Origin: an uncultured Candidatus Saccharibacteria bacterium
Lineage (GTDB): Bacteria > Patescibacteriota > Minisyncoccia > Phycocordibacterales > CAIZIN01
Assembly (NCBI GenBank): GCA_964472605.1
Contig: CAYYLG010000004.1
Coordinates: 1 to 27,567, forward strand
Length of the DNA stretch: 27,567 nucleotides
Reading direction: 5' to 3'
Shown here: positions 18,272 through 25,909 of the stretch, piece after piece
Numbering within the stretch: the first letter of the stretch is position 1
Layout: each line of letters starts with the position of its first letter
Program-made: the position numbers and the translations under genes
Notes under the pieces: model-generated
What the model was told of the DNA's origin: nothing
Databases searched by the model: none
Seen by the model: the letters and a program-made list of their open reading frames with translations, nothing else

Positions 18272-18814
18272 CTACTTTGTTAGCATCACTCGGTCACCAA
18301 GTGTCATCCTTAGAAGGAGCCACTTTTTCTTTGCATCCGACCACAGGGATTTCGTGCGAACACCTTGGTGGTGTCCGGGACGGCTCTCTGCATAATACAC
18401 TTCTGACGTCTTGGCCTTGAGGACTAGGTCCCCGCGGCCGTTAAGGACAGAAGTGATGCTGTCGGTGTGAACATCCAGTTCTGTTGGACGAGTCGGGATT
18501 GCAAGCAACCCTTCCTCAATCCGTGGAGTCATCAGGGATTCGTATGCTTCCAGATCATCTCCAGAAAGCAGTTTATCCCATTTGTGAATTACCAATCCCC
18601 ATACAAAGCGTCGACTCGCATCGCGCGCAATAGTAGGGGAAGGGCAGTTAACGCATCGCCTTGGAACACCTTGTCCCAGAGCGATTTGTCCTCCCGAATC
18701 ATCAAGCCAGATCGAGGAGGCGATGAGTCCCCCCTTTCCGTACTCGAGATGGATGTGTAGATGGGCCCGAGTGAGGGCCTCCGTGGCAGCTAGAACGAGC
18801 TGTTGCGTATTCAT
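18272..18814 (-). CDS. Hypothetical 180-aa protein, GC-rich (~53%), strong Shine-Dalgarno
   Basis: AAAGGAGG 7 nt upstream of ATG at 18814 (MNTQQLV...); no confidently recognisable domain (contains HLHIH...SSIWLDD and CVNCPSP motifs of unknown meaning). Confidence 0.55.
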   Translation of the reverse strand: MNTQQLVLAATEALTRAHLHIHLEYGKGGLIASSIWLDDSGGQIALGQGVPRRCVNCPSPTIARDASRRFVWGLVIHKWDKLLSGDDLEAYESLMTPRIEEGLLAIPTRPTELDVHTDSITSVLNGRGDLVLKAKTSEVYYAESRPGHHQGVRTKSLWSDAKKKWLLLRMTLGDRVMLTK

Positions 18815-18945
18815 AATACCTCCTTTGTGTTGCCACAAGAAGATATTATGAATATTTTATCTTAATGTGGTATTTCGTTTGAAGGCGATACGACTCATGT
18901 CGCACGTCTACAAGTATATTACACTAGTAATTAGACTTGTCAACA

Positions 18946-20166
18946 CTAAAAATTCTTAATATACTCAGCTACTTTTTCAAGAGCCACAAGTTCCTCAGAT
19001 TCACTAGGGAGATGCTTGATTTTTATTTCTTTTGAAGCGAGTTCTAGCTCACCAACAATTGCAACAAATTCAATTGAATCCTTCACAGCCTTCTTGATCT
19101 GATCACCGATTTTTTTACCGGTATAATCTACCGCTACATTTATTCCTTGATTACGAATATCATTTGCAATTCTGGAAACGAGTTCAGGATTAACTCCAGC
19201 ATTTGCCACATAGAGCTTGGTAGGAGATACATATGTTGGAATTAGATTTCGGGATTCTAGGAAATCACGGATAGTTACATCTCCCATACCGAATCCGATC
19301 GCAGTAACTTTGTCTGAACCGAAAAGCGATAGGAGATCATCGTATCTACCACCACCAAAGACTGATCTATTATTCTCAGGATTTGTATCAAATATTTCGA
19401 AAACGATTCCGGTGTAATAGTCAAATCCACGTACCAGATCAGGGTCAAAGATAGCATTATTTACACCCAAGGCAGAAAGTTTAGCTAAAAGGTTTTTAAT
19501 TTCTTCATCTGCTTCAAATTTTAAATCATAAATCCTACCGATAATCTCCTCAGCTTTTTTATCGAAGTCTGCAATCTTATTTTTCTTATCAATTAACTTT
19601 TGCAATTTCTTTGAAGCGTCACCTACTATGCCAGCATTTTCAAGAGTTTGATTCAGGAGTTTACGAGAATTGATTCGGATTACGAAGTCGCTGTCTCTAG
19701 CACCGAAATTTTTCATAATCTTGTAAGCCATGGAGATTGTTTCTACATCAGCTTCTACAGAATCCACACCAAAGAAGTCACAGTTGAGTTGAAGGTGCTC
19801 ACGCAGACGTCCTTTCTGAGGTCTCTCGTAACGGAATACATTTGGAATAGAATACCAACGGAGAGGGAAATTAAGTTCGCGTCTTTTACCAGCAACCATA
19901 CGAGCAACTGTTGGAGTCATCTCAGGTCGCAGAGTTACCTCACGATCTCCACGATCCTTGAAAGTGTAAGTTTGTTCATTTACTATTTCTTCACCAGATT
20001 TTTCTTTGTATAGCTCTGCTGGTTCAAGTGGGGAAGCGTCATATTGGACATAGCCGAAAGACTCTACTGTATCTCGCCATACTTTAAATATAAATTTTTG
20101 CACCGCCTCATCCTCTGGGTAGAAGTCCCGCACACCTTTGTATGGTTCAGTTGATAGCTTACTCAT
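18946..20166 (-). CDS. hisS: Histidine--tRNA ligase (class II aaRS)
   Basis: 406 aa; class II motifs, RPEMTPTVAR, FRYERPQKGRLREHLQLNCDFFG, GGGRYD motif, C-terminal anticodon-binding domain. Confidence 0.9.
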   Translation of the reverse strand: MSKLSTEPYKGVRDFYPEDEAVQKFIFKVWRDTVESFGYVQYDASPLEPAELYKEKSGEEIVNEQTYTFKDRGDREVTLRPEMTPTVARMVAGKRRELNFPLRWYSIPNVFRYERPQKGRLREHLQLNCDFFGVDSVEADVETISMAYKIMKNFGARDSDFVIRINSRKLLNQTLENAGIVGDASKKLQKLIDKKNKIADFDKKAEEIIGRIYDLKFEADEEIKNLLAKLSALGVNNAIFDPDLVRGFDYYTGIVFEIFDTNPENNRSVFGGGRYDDLLSLFGSDKVTAIGFGMGDVTIRDFLESRNLIPTYVSPTKLYVANAGVNPELVSRIANDIRNQGINVAVDYTGKKIGDQIKKAVKDSIEFVAIVGELELASKEIKIKHLPSESEELVALEKVAEYIKNF

Positions 20167-20185
20167 AAATGTTAGTATAACCGAA

Positions 20186-20917
20186 ATGATTATCTATTAC
20201 AAAAACAGATTTGAGACTCCGCTGGATGCGTTGAACAGATTGCGACTAGAGAAGCCAGAATTAAAGGATGAGATACTTTCGTATGCTGGGCGTCTCGACC
20301 CGATGGCAGAGGGAGTCCTTTTTGTTTTGGTTGGAGAAGAAGAAAATAGGGATAGGCAGAAATATTTGGGATTAGATAAGATTTATGAAGTAGAAGTTCT
20401 GTTGGGTATAAGTACAGATACGGGTGATGTGCTGGGACTTGTACAAAATACAGAGAAGGAAGGTAAAAAAGTGTCGAACGAAGAAATTGAAAAAGTTGTA
20501 AAAAATCTAGAAGGGGAAAACAATTTTCCTTATCCTGTTTTCTCATCTCGAACCGTAGACGGTAAGCCACTACACGAATGGGCTCGCGAGGGGAGACTCG
20601 ATGAAATAGAGATCCCAACTAAAGCTAGTACTATATATTGTGCGAAGTTGATTGATATTAAAACTATTTCTGCACCTGATCTCCTCCAAAGTGTTTTAAA
20701 TGACATCGATAAGATACAAGGCAACTTCCGCCAAGAAGAAATCAAAAAGTCCTGGAATGAATCTCTACAGAATCTAAATCACGATTTTCAAATCATCACC
20801 ATCTCCATAGACTGCTCCTCCGGCGCCTATATGCGCACCATCGCCGAAGAACTCGGTAAAAAGCTTGGTACAGTTGCACTAGCATATAGAATAAAAAGGA
20901 CAAAGATTGATTTATAA
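20186..20917 (+). CDS. truB: tRNA pseudouridine(55) synthase TruB-family
   Basis: AGRLDPMAEGVL catalytic-Asp motif, downstream TDTGD and CSSGAYMRTIAEELGKKLG match TruB pattern; start set at ATG 20186 to avoid divergent overlap with hisS start. Confidence 0.75.
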   Translation: MIIYYKNRFETPLDALNRLRLEKPELKDEILSYAGRLDPMAEGVLFVLVGEEENRDRQKYLGLDKIYEVEVLLGISTDTGDVLGLVQNTEKEGKKVSNEEIEKVVKNLEGENNFPYPVFSSRTVDGKPLHEWAREGRLDEIEIPTKASTIYCAKLIDIKTISAPDLLQSVLNDIDKIQGNFRQEEIKKSWNESLQNLNHDFQIITISIDCSSGAYMRTIAEELGKKLGTVALAYRIKRTKIDL

Positions 20918-21635
20918 TATTTACATGAACACCGAATTTGATCAAAAAATGAAGGGGATTTGTGAGAAAACGGTAAAGCATATTACTGATATTTTTCAAA
21001 ATGATGCGATCGAAGCTCATGTATTTGGATCAATGGCTACTGGTACAAATGATGCATTAAGTGATATTGATATTTGGATTACATTTGATGATAGTGCCAT
21101 AGCCTCTGCAATTGAAAATAGGATGAATTATTATAGTCAGATTGGTGAGATTCTCTTGAATCATGAAATGCAGAATAATTTTCCACTTGATGGTATTCAG
21201 AGTGTTGTTTTATATAAAATTGATGTAGAGATAGTTCGAGTTGATTATTACCTTTGCCCACTTAGCTCATCTAGAACTGTTCCAAATTCAAAAATTCTTT
21301 TTGAAAAGGTTAAGGTTTTGGAAGGAAATATTATTCCAGAAACTAAGAGAACTCCGAGGGATTTAAGTGATCGAATAAGTTTCTTTATTTGTATGTGTTT
21401 CAATGGGATAAAGAAGGTTGTCAGAAAAGATGAAAAATTTATTGAATTTTTAACAACTGAATTTGGAAAGTATGAAAAGGAGATTCCTGAACTTGCAAAT
21501 GTACCCAAGGAAGCAACTTTTAATGCTTTGTATGTAGCCCTAGATGTATTAGCCAAGGTTTCAAACCCTGAACAGTTAAATGCTATTAATGAGATTAGGT
21601 TGTTTACTAAAAAGGTAGAAAATATCTATGGATAA
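20907..21635 (+). CDS. Pol-beta-superfamily nucleotidyltransferase, KNTase/Lnu(B)-like two-domain architecture
   Basis: 242 aa; HVFGSMATGTNDALSDIDIWIT (GS-x9-D-x-D NTase motif) followed by helical C-terminal domain; motif closely resembles ANT(4')/Lnu(B) family N-domains. Confidence 0.6.
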   Translation: MIYNIYMNTEFDQKMKGICEKTVKHITDIFQNDAIEAHVFGSMATGTNDALSDIDIWITFDDSAIASAIENRMNYYSQIGEILLNHEMQNNFPLDGIQSVVLYKIDVEIVRVDYYLCPLSSSRTVPNSKILFEKVKVLEGNIIPETKRTPRDLSDRISFFICMCFNGIKKVVRKDEKFIEFLTTEFGKYEKEIPELANVPKEATFNALYVALDVLAKVSNPEQLNAINEIRLFTKKVENIYG

Positions 21636-22473
21636 ATATTTAATCACCGGAGGAGAAGGGTTCATAGGAGGAAGGATTAGGGAAAAGGCCGGAGGGAATT
21701 CCTATGATTTGAAATCGGGGGTAGATATTTTGGATAGGCAGAAATTAGTGGAAAATTCCAAGGATACACTTGGAATTTTCCACTGCGCTGCACTGATCTC
21801 TGTCCCGGAAAGTTTTTTAAAGAGAGATGAATACTACAGAACAAATGTTGAAGGTACGAAGTCAGTGATTGATGTAGCGAAAGAAAATAATTTGAAAATA
21901 GTTTTCTCCAGTAGCGCCGCAGTCTACGGTGAAGCAAGTGGGGTGGTGAGTGAGGATTTTAGACTTGATCCTAAATCCCCTTATGCGGAGAATAAGAGAG
22001 ATGGGGAAGAATTACTTCGTGCACATTCAGTACCGTCTGTTGCCCTAAGATATTTTAATGTCTATGGTCCAGGTCAATCATCAGCATATGCTGGGGTGAT
22101 TACAATCTTTATAAACAAAGCATTAAAGAACGAGGATTTGGTAATTTATGGAGACGGGTCTCAGGCCAGGGATTTTGTTTTCGTGGATGATGTAGCGGAG
22201 GCAAATATTTCTGCCATGAAATATGAGAATTCTAGTTTTGAAATTTTTAATATTGGCAGTGGTACAGAAACAACGATTGGGAATTTGGCGGAAATGATAA
22301 TCAAACTCACAGATTCCAAATCAAAAATTATTTATTTACCTCCACGAGATGGGGATATTGTATATTCTAGGGCCGATGTCTCCAAAGCCAAGCAGGTTCT
22401 AGGTTGGGAAGCAAAAGTTCCACTAGAGGAAGGAATTTTCCAAACTATAGCCTACTATAAGGCTAGAATTTGA
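21628..22473 (+). CDS. NAD-dependent epimerase/dehydratase (extended SDR family)
   Basis: 281 aa; N-terminal GGEGFIGG Rossmann motif, catalytic YAENK (YxxxK), typical UDP-sugar epimerase-like layout. Confidence 0.75.
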   Translation: MDKYLITGGEGFIGGRIREKAGGNSYDLKSGVDILDRQKLVENSKDTLGIFHCAALISVPESFLKRDEYYRTNVEGTKSVIDVAKENNLKIVFSSSAAVYGEASGVVSEDFRLDPKSPYAENKRDGEELLRAHSVPSVALRYFNVYGPGQSSAYAGVITIFINKALKNEDLVIYGDGSQARDFVFVDDVAEANISAMKYENSSFEIFNIGSGTETTIGNLAEMIIKLTDSKSKIIYLPPRDGDIVYSRADVSKAKQVLGWEAKVPLEEGIFQTIAYYKARI

Positions 22474-22476
22474 TGG

Positions 22477-22505
22477 TTGCAATTTAGGGATATGTGTGAT
22501 ATACT
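22477..22505 (+). promoter_or_regulatory. Sigma70-type promoter TTGCAA -17- TATACT upstream of RRM-protein gene
   Basis: Hexamers at 22477-22482 and 22500-22505; ~80-nt leader to ATG 22585. Confidence 0.4.
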
Positions 22506-22584
22506 GGAGGGGTGATAGTGCTTTTCTCCTAGTTTTCTATGGGAATGGGTCGGACTATCAAGTTAAAAGTTCACAAACATTCAC

Positions 22585-22875
22585 ATGTCAGTAAAACTAT
22601 ATGTCGGTGGAATTCCTTATTCTTCAACAAACGCTTCTCTCAAAGCATACTTTGAGCAGATTGGCCCAGTAGAAGATGCTTCAATTCTACAAGACAAAAT
22701 GACAGGCCGTTCACGCGGTTTCGGATTCGTAACTATGGCAAATGATGCAGACGCTGAAAAAGCAGTTAGCTCACTCCATGACCAAGAATTCGAAGGCAGA
22801 AAGCTTACAGTAAACGTTGCTCGTCCTATGGAAGAGCGTCCACGTAATACTGGAGGATTCCGCAAGTCATTCTAA
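22585..22875 (+). CDS. RNA-binding protein with single RRM domain (glycine/arginine C-terminal tail)
   Basis: RNP-2 LYVGGI and RNP-1 RGFGFVTM motifs; 96 aa. Confidence 0.85.
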   Translation: MSVKLYVGGIPYSSTNASLKAYFEQIGPVEDASILQDKMTGRSRGFGFVTMANDADAEKAVSSLHDQEFEGRKLTVNVARPMEERPRNTGGFRKSF

Positions 22876-22892
22876 TCTCGAAAGAGATAACA

Positions 22893-22918
22893 AAAACCCC
22901 TCGAGAGAGGGGTTTTTG
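22893..22918 (+). terminator. Rho-independent terminator after RRM gene
   Basis: AAAACCCCTC-GAGA-GAGGGGTTTTTG hairpin plus T-run. Confidence 0.75.
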
Positions 22919-22933
22919 TATTAATTATATTCA

Positions 22934-22961
22934 TTGACAAATAGTTTAAATATGCTATTAT
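22934..22961 (+). promoter_or_regulatory. Sigma70-type promoter TTGACA -16- TATTAT upstream of flotillin-like gene; leader contains 8-bp inverted repeat CACCAGGG...CCCTGGTG
   Basis: Hexamers at 22934-22939 and 22956-22961; inverted repeat at ~23006-23050 immediately before ATG 23062. Confidence 0.4.
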
Positions 22962-23061
22962 AACAAAATGTTCTTTTAAATACTTACACAATTCACCAGG
23001 GTTACAAGCAGGTCACAATTTTGTGGCCTATTTACATCCCTGGTGAAGCTTACTGCATTTC

Positions 23062-24948
23062 ATGCAGCTGAATGGATCCTCGGAAATCAACAAAGTAGAA
23101 AAGAAAAAAGTGATACAACTCGTTAGTCTGATCGGAAATTACTGGTGGATCATCGCCATTGCGGTGTTCCTCGTCAGTTACAAACTGTGGCTCCGCCTTC
23201 TCGGAGTCGTCATCATCCCGGAAAGCACCATGGGTATCGTGAACAAAAAGTGGGTGCTCTTCGGAAAAAACCGGACATTGCCAGATGGCACGATCATCGC
23301 CCTCAACGGCGAAGCCGGCTTTCAGGCAGACACCTTGGCCCCGGGTCTCCATGTGGGACTCTGGCCGTGGCAGTATGCTATTGAGCTGGTGAAGTTCGTG
23401 AACATTCCTGACGGCTCGATCGGCGTCGTAGAATCCAAAGACGGTAAACCGCTCTCAAGTGGGCGTGTCCTTGCGAAGAAGATTGAATGTGATTCGTTCC
23501 AAAACGCTCGCCTGTTCCTCTCGAACGGTGGTGAACGCGGACCACAGATCACCATTATCCCGCCTGGCACCTACCGCATCAACACGGCGCTCTTTAGTGT
23601 CAGTCAACATCGAGTCGTCGAGATCGGCGACAACATGGTGGGTATCGTTACGACGAAAGACGGTGCACCTCTTGCTACCGGCGACATCGCCGGCCGAGAA
23701 ATCGCGAATCATCGCAGTTTCCAGGACGGACAAGCGTTCATCGACGCGGGAGGGAATCGTGGTTTGCAGGAGCAAGTGCTTCTTGCTGGTCGCTACTACC
23801 TCAATCCGCGTTTCGTTACAGTCGAAGAAAAGCCAATGACAGAGGTGCCGATCGCCCATGCGGGCGTCGTTATCGCCTTCGTTGGCAATGCTGGAGTTGA
23901 TGTGACTGGCGACTCGTTCAAACACGGCAACCTCGTGAGCCGGGGCCAAAAGGGTGTCTGGGTCGAACCTCTCGATCCGGGCAAATACCCGATTAACCCC
24001 TACACTCACCGAGTGGAACTTGTGCCGACGGCAAACGTCGTGCTCAACTGGGCGAATGGTAAAACTGAGGCGCATAACCTCGACAAAAACCTTTCGACCA
24101 TCACGGTGCGGTCGTCCGACGGCTTCACCTTCAACCTCGACGTGAGCCAGATCATCCATATCCCGCGGACCGATGCCCCAAAGGTCATCGCCCGCTTCGG
24201 AAACGTGGCAAACCTGGTCACTCAGGTTCTCGAGCCGACGATCGGCAACTACTTCCGCAACGCCGCCCAGGGCAGCGATGTCATTGAATTCCTGAAGGAG
24301 CGCAAGCAACGTCAGGATGATGCCAAAGCTCGCATCTCGGAGGCTCTCACGGAATACAACGTGGTCGCAGTGGATACGCTCATCGGTGACATCACACCGC
24401 CGGCGGACCTCATGGCCACGCTCACGGCGCGTAAAATCGCCGAGCAACAACGGGTGACGTTCGAGACAGAAAAGCTCGCCGAAGAAGCTCGTAAGGGTCT
24501 CGCCCAAGCCAAAGCCATCGCCGATACGCAACCACGTGTCGTCGATGCCGAACGAAGCGTGCAAATCGCCGAGTTCAATGCTCAGGCTGCGATCAAACAA
24601 GCGGGTGGTGACGCGCAAGCTAAAACCATTAACGCTAAGGCTGATGCCGAAGTGTTGAAGGTTGTCGGTGACGCTGAAGGTGGTAAAATCACCGCCATCG
24701 GCACTGCAGAAGCTGCCGTCATCAAGCTGAAGACCGAAGCGGTTGGTCAAGGTAACTATGCCACCATCGAGGTCGGTCGGGCGCTCGCCAATGCGGGCAT
24801 CCCGCTCGTCCCGCAAATCATCGCGGGTAGTGGAGCTGGTTCTGACGGAGGTGGTAGCTTGGTGAATATGTTGCTCGCGCAACTCATCGCCAAGAGTTTG
24901 CCGGAGAGCCCGGCTAAACCATCGATTCCGCCGGCGGTCGCCAGCTAA
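23062..24948 (+). CDS. SPFH/Band-7 domain protein, flotillin-like (YqiK/FloT-type) with N-terminal TM segment and Ala/Glu-rich coiled-coil C-terminus; GC ~58-60%
   Basis: 628 aa; TM helix NYWWIIAIAVFLVSY; SPFH core (ITVRSSDGFTFNLDVSQIIHIPRTDAPKVIARFGN...VAVDTLIGDITPPADL); C-terminal AEEARKGLAQAKAIA...AEAAVIKLKTEA flotillin-type repeats. First ~90 nt AT-rich, remainder GC-rich. Confidence 0.7.
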   Translation: MQLNGSSEINKVEKKKVIQLVSLIGNYWWIIAIAVFLVSYKLWLRLLGVVIIPESTMGIVNKKWVLFGKNRTLPDGTIIALNGEAGFQADTLAPGLHVGLWPWQYAIELVKFVNIPDGSIGVVESKDGKPLSSGRVLAKKIECDSFQNARLFLSNGGERGPQITIIPPGTYRINTALFSVSQHRVVEIGDNMVGIVTTKDGAPLATGDIAGREIANHRSFQDGQAFIDAGGNRGLQEQVLLAGRYYLNPRFVTVEEKPMTEVPIAHAGVVIAFVGNAGVDVTGDSFKHGNLVSRGQKGVWVEPLDPGKYPINPYTHRVELVPTANVVLNWANGKTEAHNLDKNLSTITVRSSDGFTFNLDVSQIIHIPRTDAPKVIARFGNVANLVTQVLEPTIGNYFRNAAQGSDVIEFLKERKQRQDDAKARISEALTEYNVVAVDTLIGDITPPADLMATLTARKIAEQQRVTFETEKLAEEARKGLAQAKAIADTQPRVVDAERSVQIAEFNAQAAIKQAGGDAQAKTINAKADAEVLKVVGDAEGGKITAIGTAEAAVIKLKTEAVGQGNYATIEVGRALANAGIPLVPQIIAGSGAGSDGGGSLVNMLLAQLIAKSLPESPAKPSIPPAVAS

Positions 24949-24967
24949 AGGCGGTAAGCGTGTAACG

Positions 24968-25012
24968 TGTGTGGGTGTGTCGGACTTCGGTTCGGCACAC
25001 CCACTTTTTATT
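24968..25012 (+). terminator. Rho-independent terminator after flotillin-like gene
   Basis: GC-rich hairpin GTGGGTGTG...CACACCCAC followed by TTTTTATTT. Confidence 0.6.
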
Positions 25013-25062
25013 TGCCCTGTAGAATATTTTATGTTAGTATCTACAGACTAAAAGATACATAT

Positions 25063-25218
25063 ATGTCACAAGATAGACTAATCAAATTAAGAAACAAAGC
25101 CACTGGAGAGGTGATCTATACCACCAAAAACAAGAAGCTTGTTGTTGATAAAATCAAGCTAAAGAAGTACAGTGCCAAACTTCGTAAGCGTGTGGTTTTC
25201 GAAGAAGCAAAGAAATAA
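25063..25218 (+). CDS. rpmG: 50S ribosomal protein L33
   Basis: 51 aa MSQDRLIKLRNKATGEVIYTTKNKKLVVDKIKLKKYSAKLRKRVVFEEAKK matches L33 pattern (YxTxKNK...KLxLKKY...R.HV.F.E.K); ORF-track upstream extension (from 24967) overlaps the terminator and is rejected. Confidence 0.85.
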   Translation: MSQDRLIKLRNKATGEVIYTTKNKKLVVDKIKLKKYSAKLRKRVVFEEAKK

Positions 25219-25224
25219 CAAATT

Positions 25225-25246
25225 ACTCGCGAAAGCGAGTTTTTTG
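25225..25246 (+). terminator. Rho-independent terminator after rpmG
   Basis: ACTCGC-GAAA-GCGAGT hairpin followed by TTTTTTG. Confidence 0.65.
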
Positions 25247-25268
25247 TTGTAACATGGTTTTCACAATC

Positions 25269-25341
25269 GCCGTTGTAGCTCAGTTGGTAGAGCACTCCAT
25301 TGGTAATGGGGAGGTCATGGGTTCAATCCCCATCAACGGCT
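25269..25341 (+). tRNA. tRNA-Thr (anticodon GGU)
   Basis: 73-nt cloverleaf folded by hand: acceptor GCCGTTG/CAACGGC, D-arm GCTC..GAGC, anticodon stem CTCCA/TGGGG with loop TTGGTAA (GGT), T-arm ATGGG-TTCAATC-CCCAT; no encoded CCA. Confidence 0.85.
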
Positions 25342-25489
25342 CAAGTATTCTTGAGCATGTGAAAAATAGTCTGGGTAGACTATTTGTTGGGGATTGAAAA
25401 CCTTTTGAGATTTTTATGAGTTATTGAACGAAATAAAAATCCAAAAGGTGTACAGTTCCTGTAAGGAACAAACCCATCAACGGCTCAAG
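25329..25489 (+). repeat. 17-bp direct repeat CCCATCAACGGCTCAAG: copy 1 = 3' end of tRNA-Thr (25329-25345), copy 2 at 25473-25489; att-like footprint
   Basis: Exact 17/17 match read from sequence; spacer contains 8-bp inverted repeat AATAGTCT-GGGT-AGACTATT (25366-25385). Confidence 0.7.
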
Positions 25490-25520
25490 AGTTTTGAATA
25501 AAATAAAAATCGAGCATACA

Positions 25521-25850
25521 TCATTTGAGAGGTAACTCGACTACATTGCTTTTGTCTGCAATTTTCACCTCATTAACACTTAGTTTGCCGGTGTTTAGGT
25601 GATAAACAAAGAGTCGATCATCTAGTTCTACCCAGTAGACTAAACCATCTCCCTTTTTAACGGATTGTTTTCTAAGGATCGGATCAGTAAGGGATCTTAC
25701 TTTTGATAGAAATATTCTCATGCGACTTTCACCGTAAAGCTCAGCTGATGTGAGGCCAAGCTCATCCCGGATCACATTTAGAATTTCTCTAACAAAGTAA
25801 TTCCCCTCCCAATGCGAACCATGATTCCTTCTACGTTTGGAACTTTTCAT
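25521..25850 (-). CDS. Hypothetical 109-aa protein (basic N-terminus plus helix-turn-helix-like segment), possibly DNA-binding
   Basis: SKRRRNHGSHW basic patch followed by ILNVIRDELGLTSAELYGESR HTH-like stretch; lies immediately adjacent to the tRNA/att-repeat; divergent from prfB. Confidence 0.45.
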   Translation of the reverse strand: MKSSKRRRNHGSHWEGNYFVREILNVIRDELGLTSAELYGESRMRIFLSKVRSLTDPILRKQSVKKGDGLVYWVELDDRLFVYHLNTGKLSVNEVKIADKSNVVELPLK

Positions 25851-25909
25851 GATTGGGGTTTCTACAGTAAATGTTACGCTTTTGTCTAAAAAAAGCTAGT
25901 ATATATGAA

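Noticed and set aside
18272-18814. Possible JAMM/MPN metalloprotease motif (HLHIH ... SSIWLDD) in the 180-aa GC-rich protein
   Set aside because: The spacing does not fit the canonical E-x(n)-H-x-H-x7-S-x2-D JAMM signature and the upstream Glu is too close. It is kept only as unassigned hypothetical.
20138-20185. truB start at 20138 overlapping the divergent hisS start codon by 29 nt
   Set aside because: Divergent coding overlap is unlikely. The in-frame ATG at 20186 removes the overlap and retains all conserved TruB motifs.
23455-24882. 475-aa antisense ORF (minus strand) spanning most of the flotillin-like gene, plus smaller antisense ORFs at 23050-23352 and 23322-23570
   Set aside because: It is exactly co-extensive with a GC-rich sense gene, and long stop-free antisense frames are expected at ~60% GC. 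The product is Arg/Asp-rich and low-complexity with no motifs. The sense strand has clear TM, SPFH and coiled-coil features.
24967-25062. Upstream extension of rpmG ORF (MCGCVGLRFG...) giving an 83-aa product
   Set aside because: The extension overlaps the flotillin terminator hairpin. L33 is ~50 aa, and the conserved L33 sequence starts at ATG 25063.
25871-25909. Longer prfB start (MLRFCLKKASIYE) and a possible programmed +1 frameshift
   Set aside because: The 25849 ATG short frame and the absence of a CTTTGAC site are covered in the prfB finding. The RF2-homologous sequence begins at MSKEE (ATG 25910).
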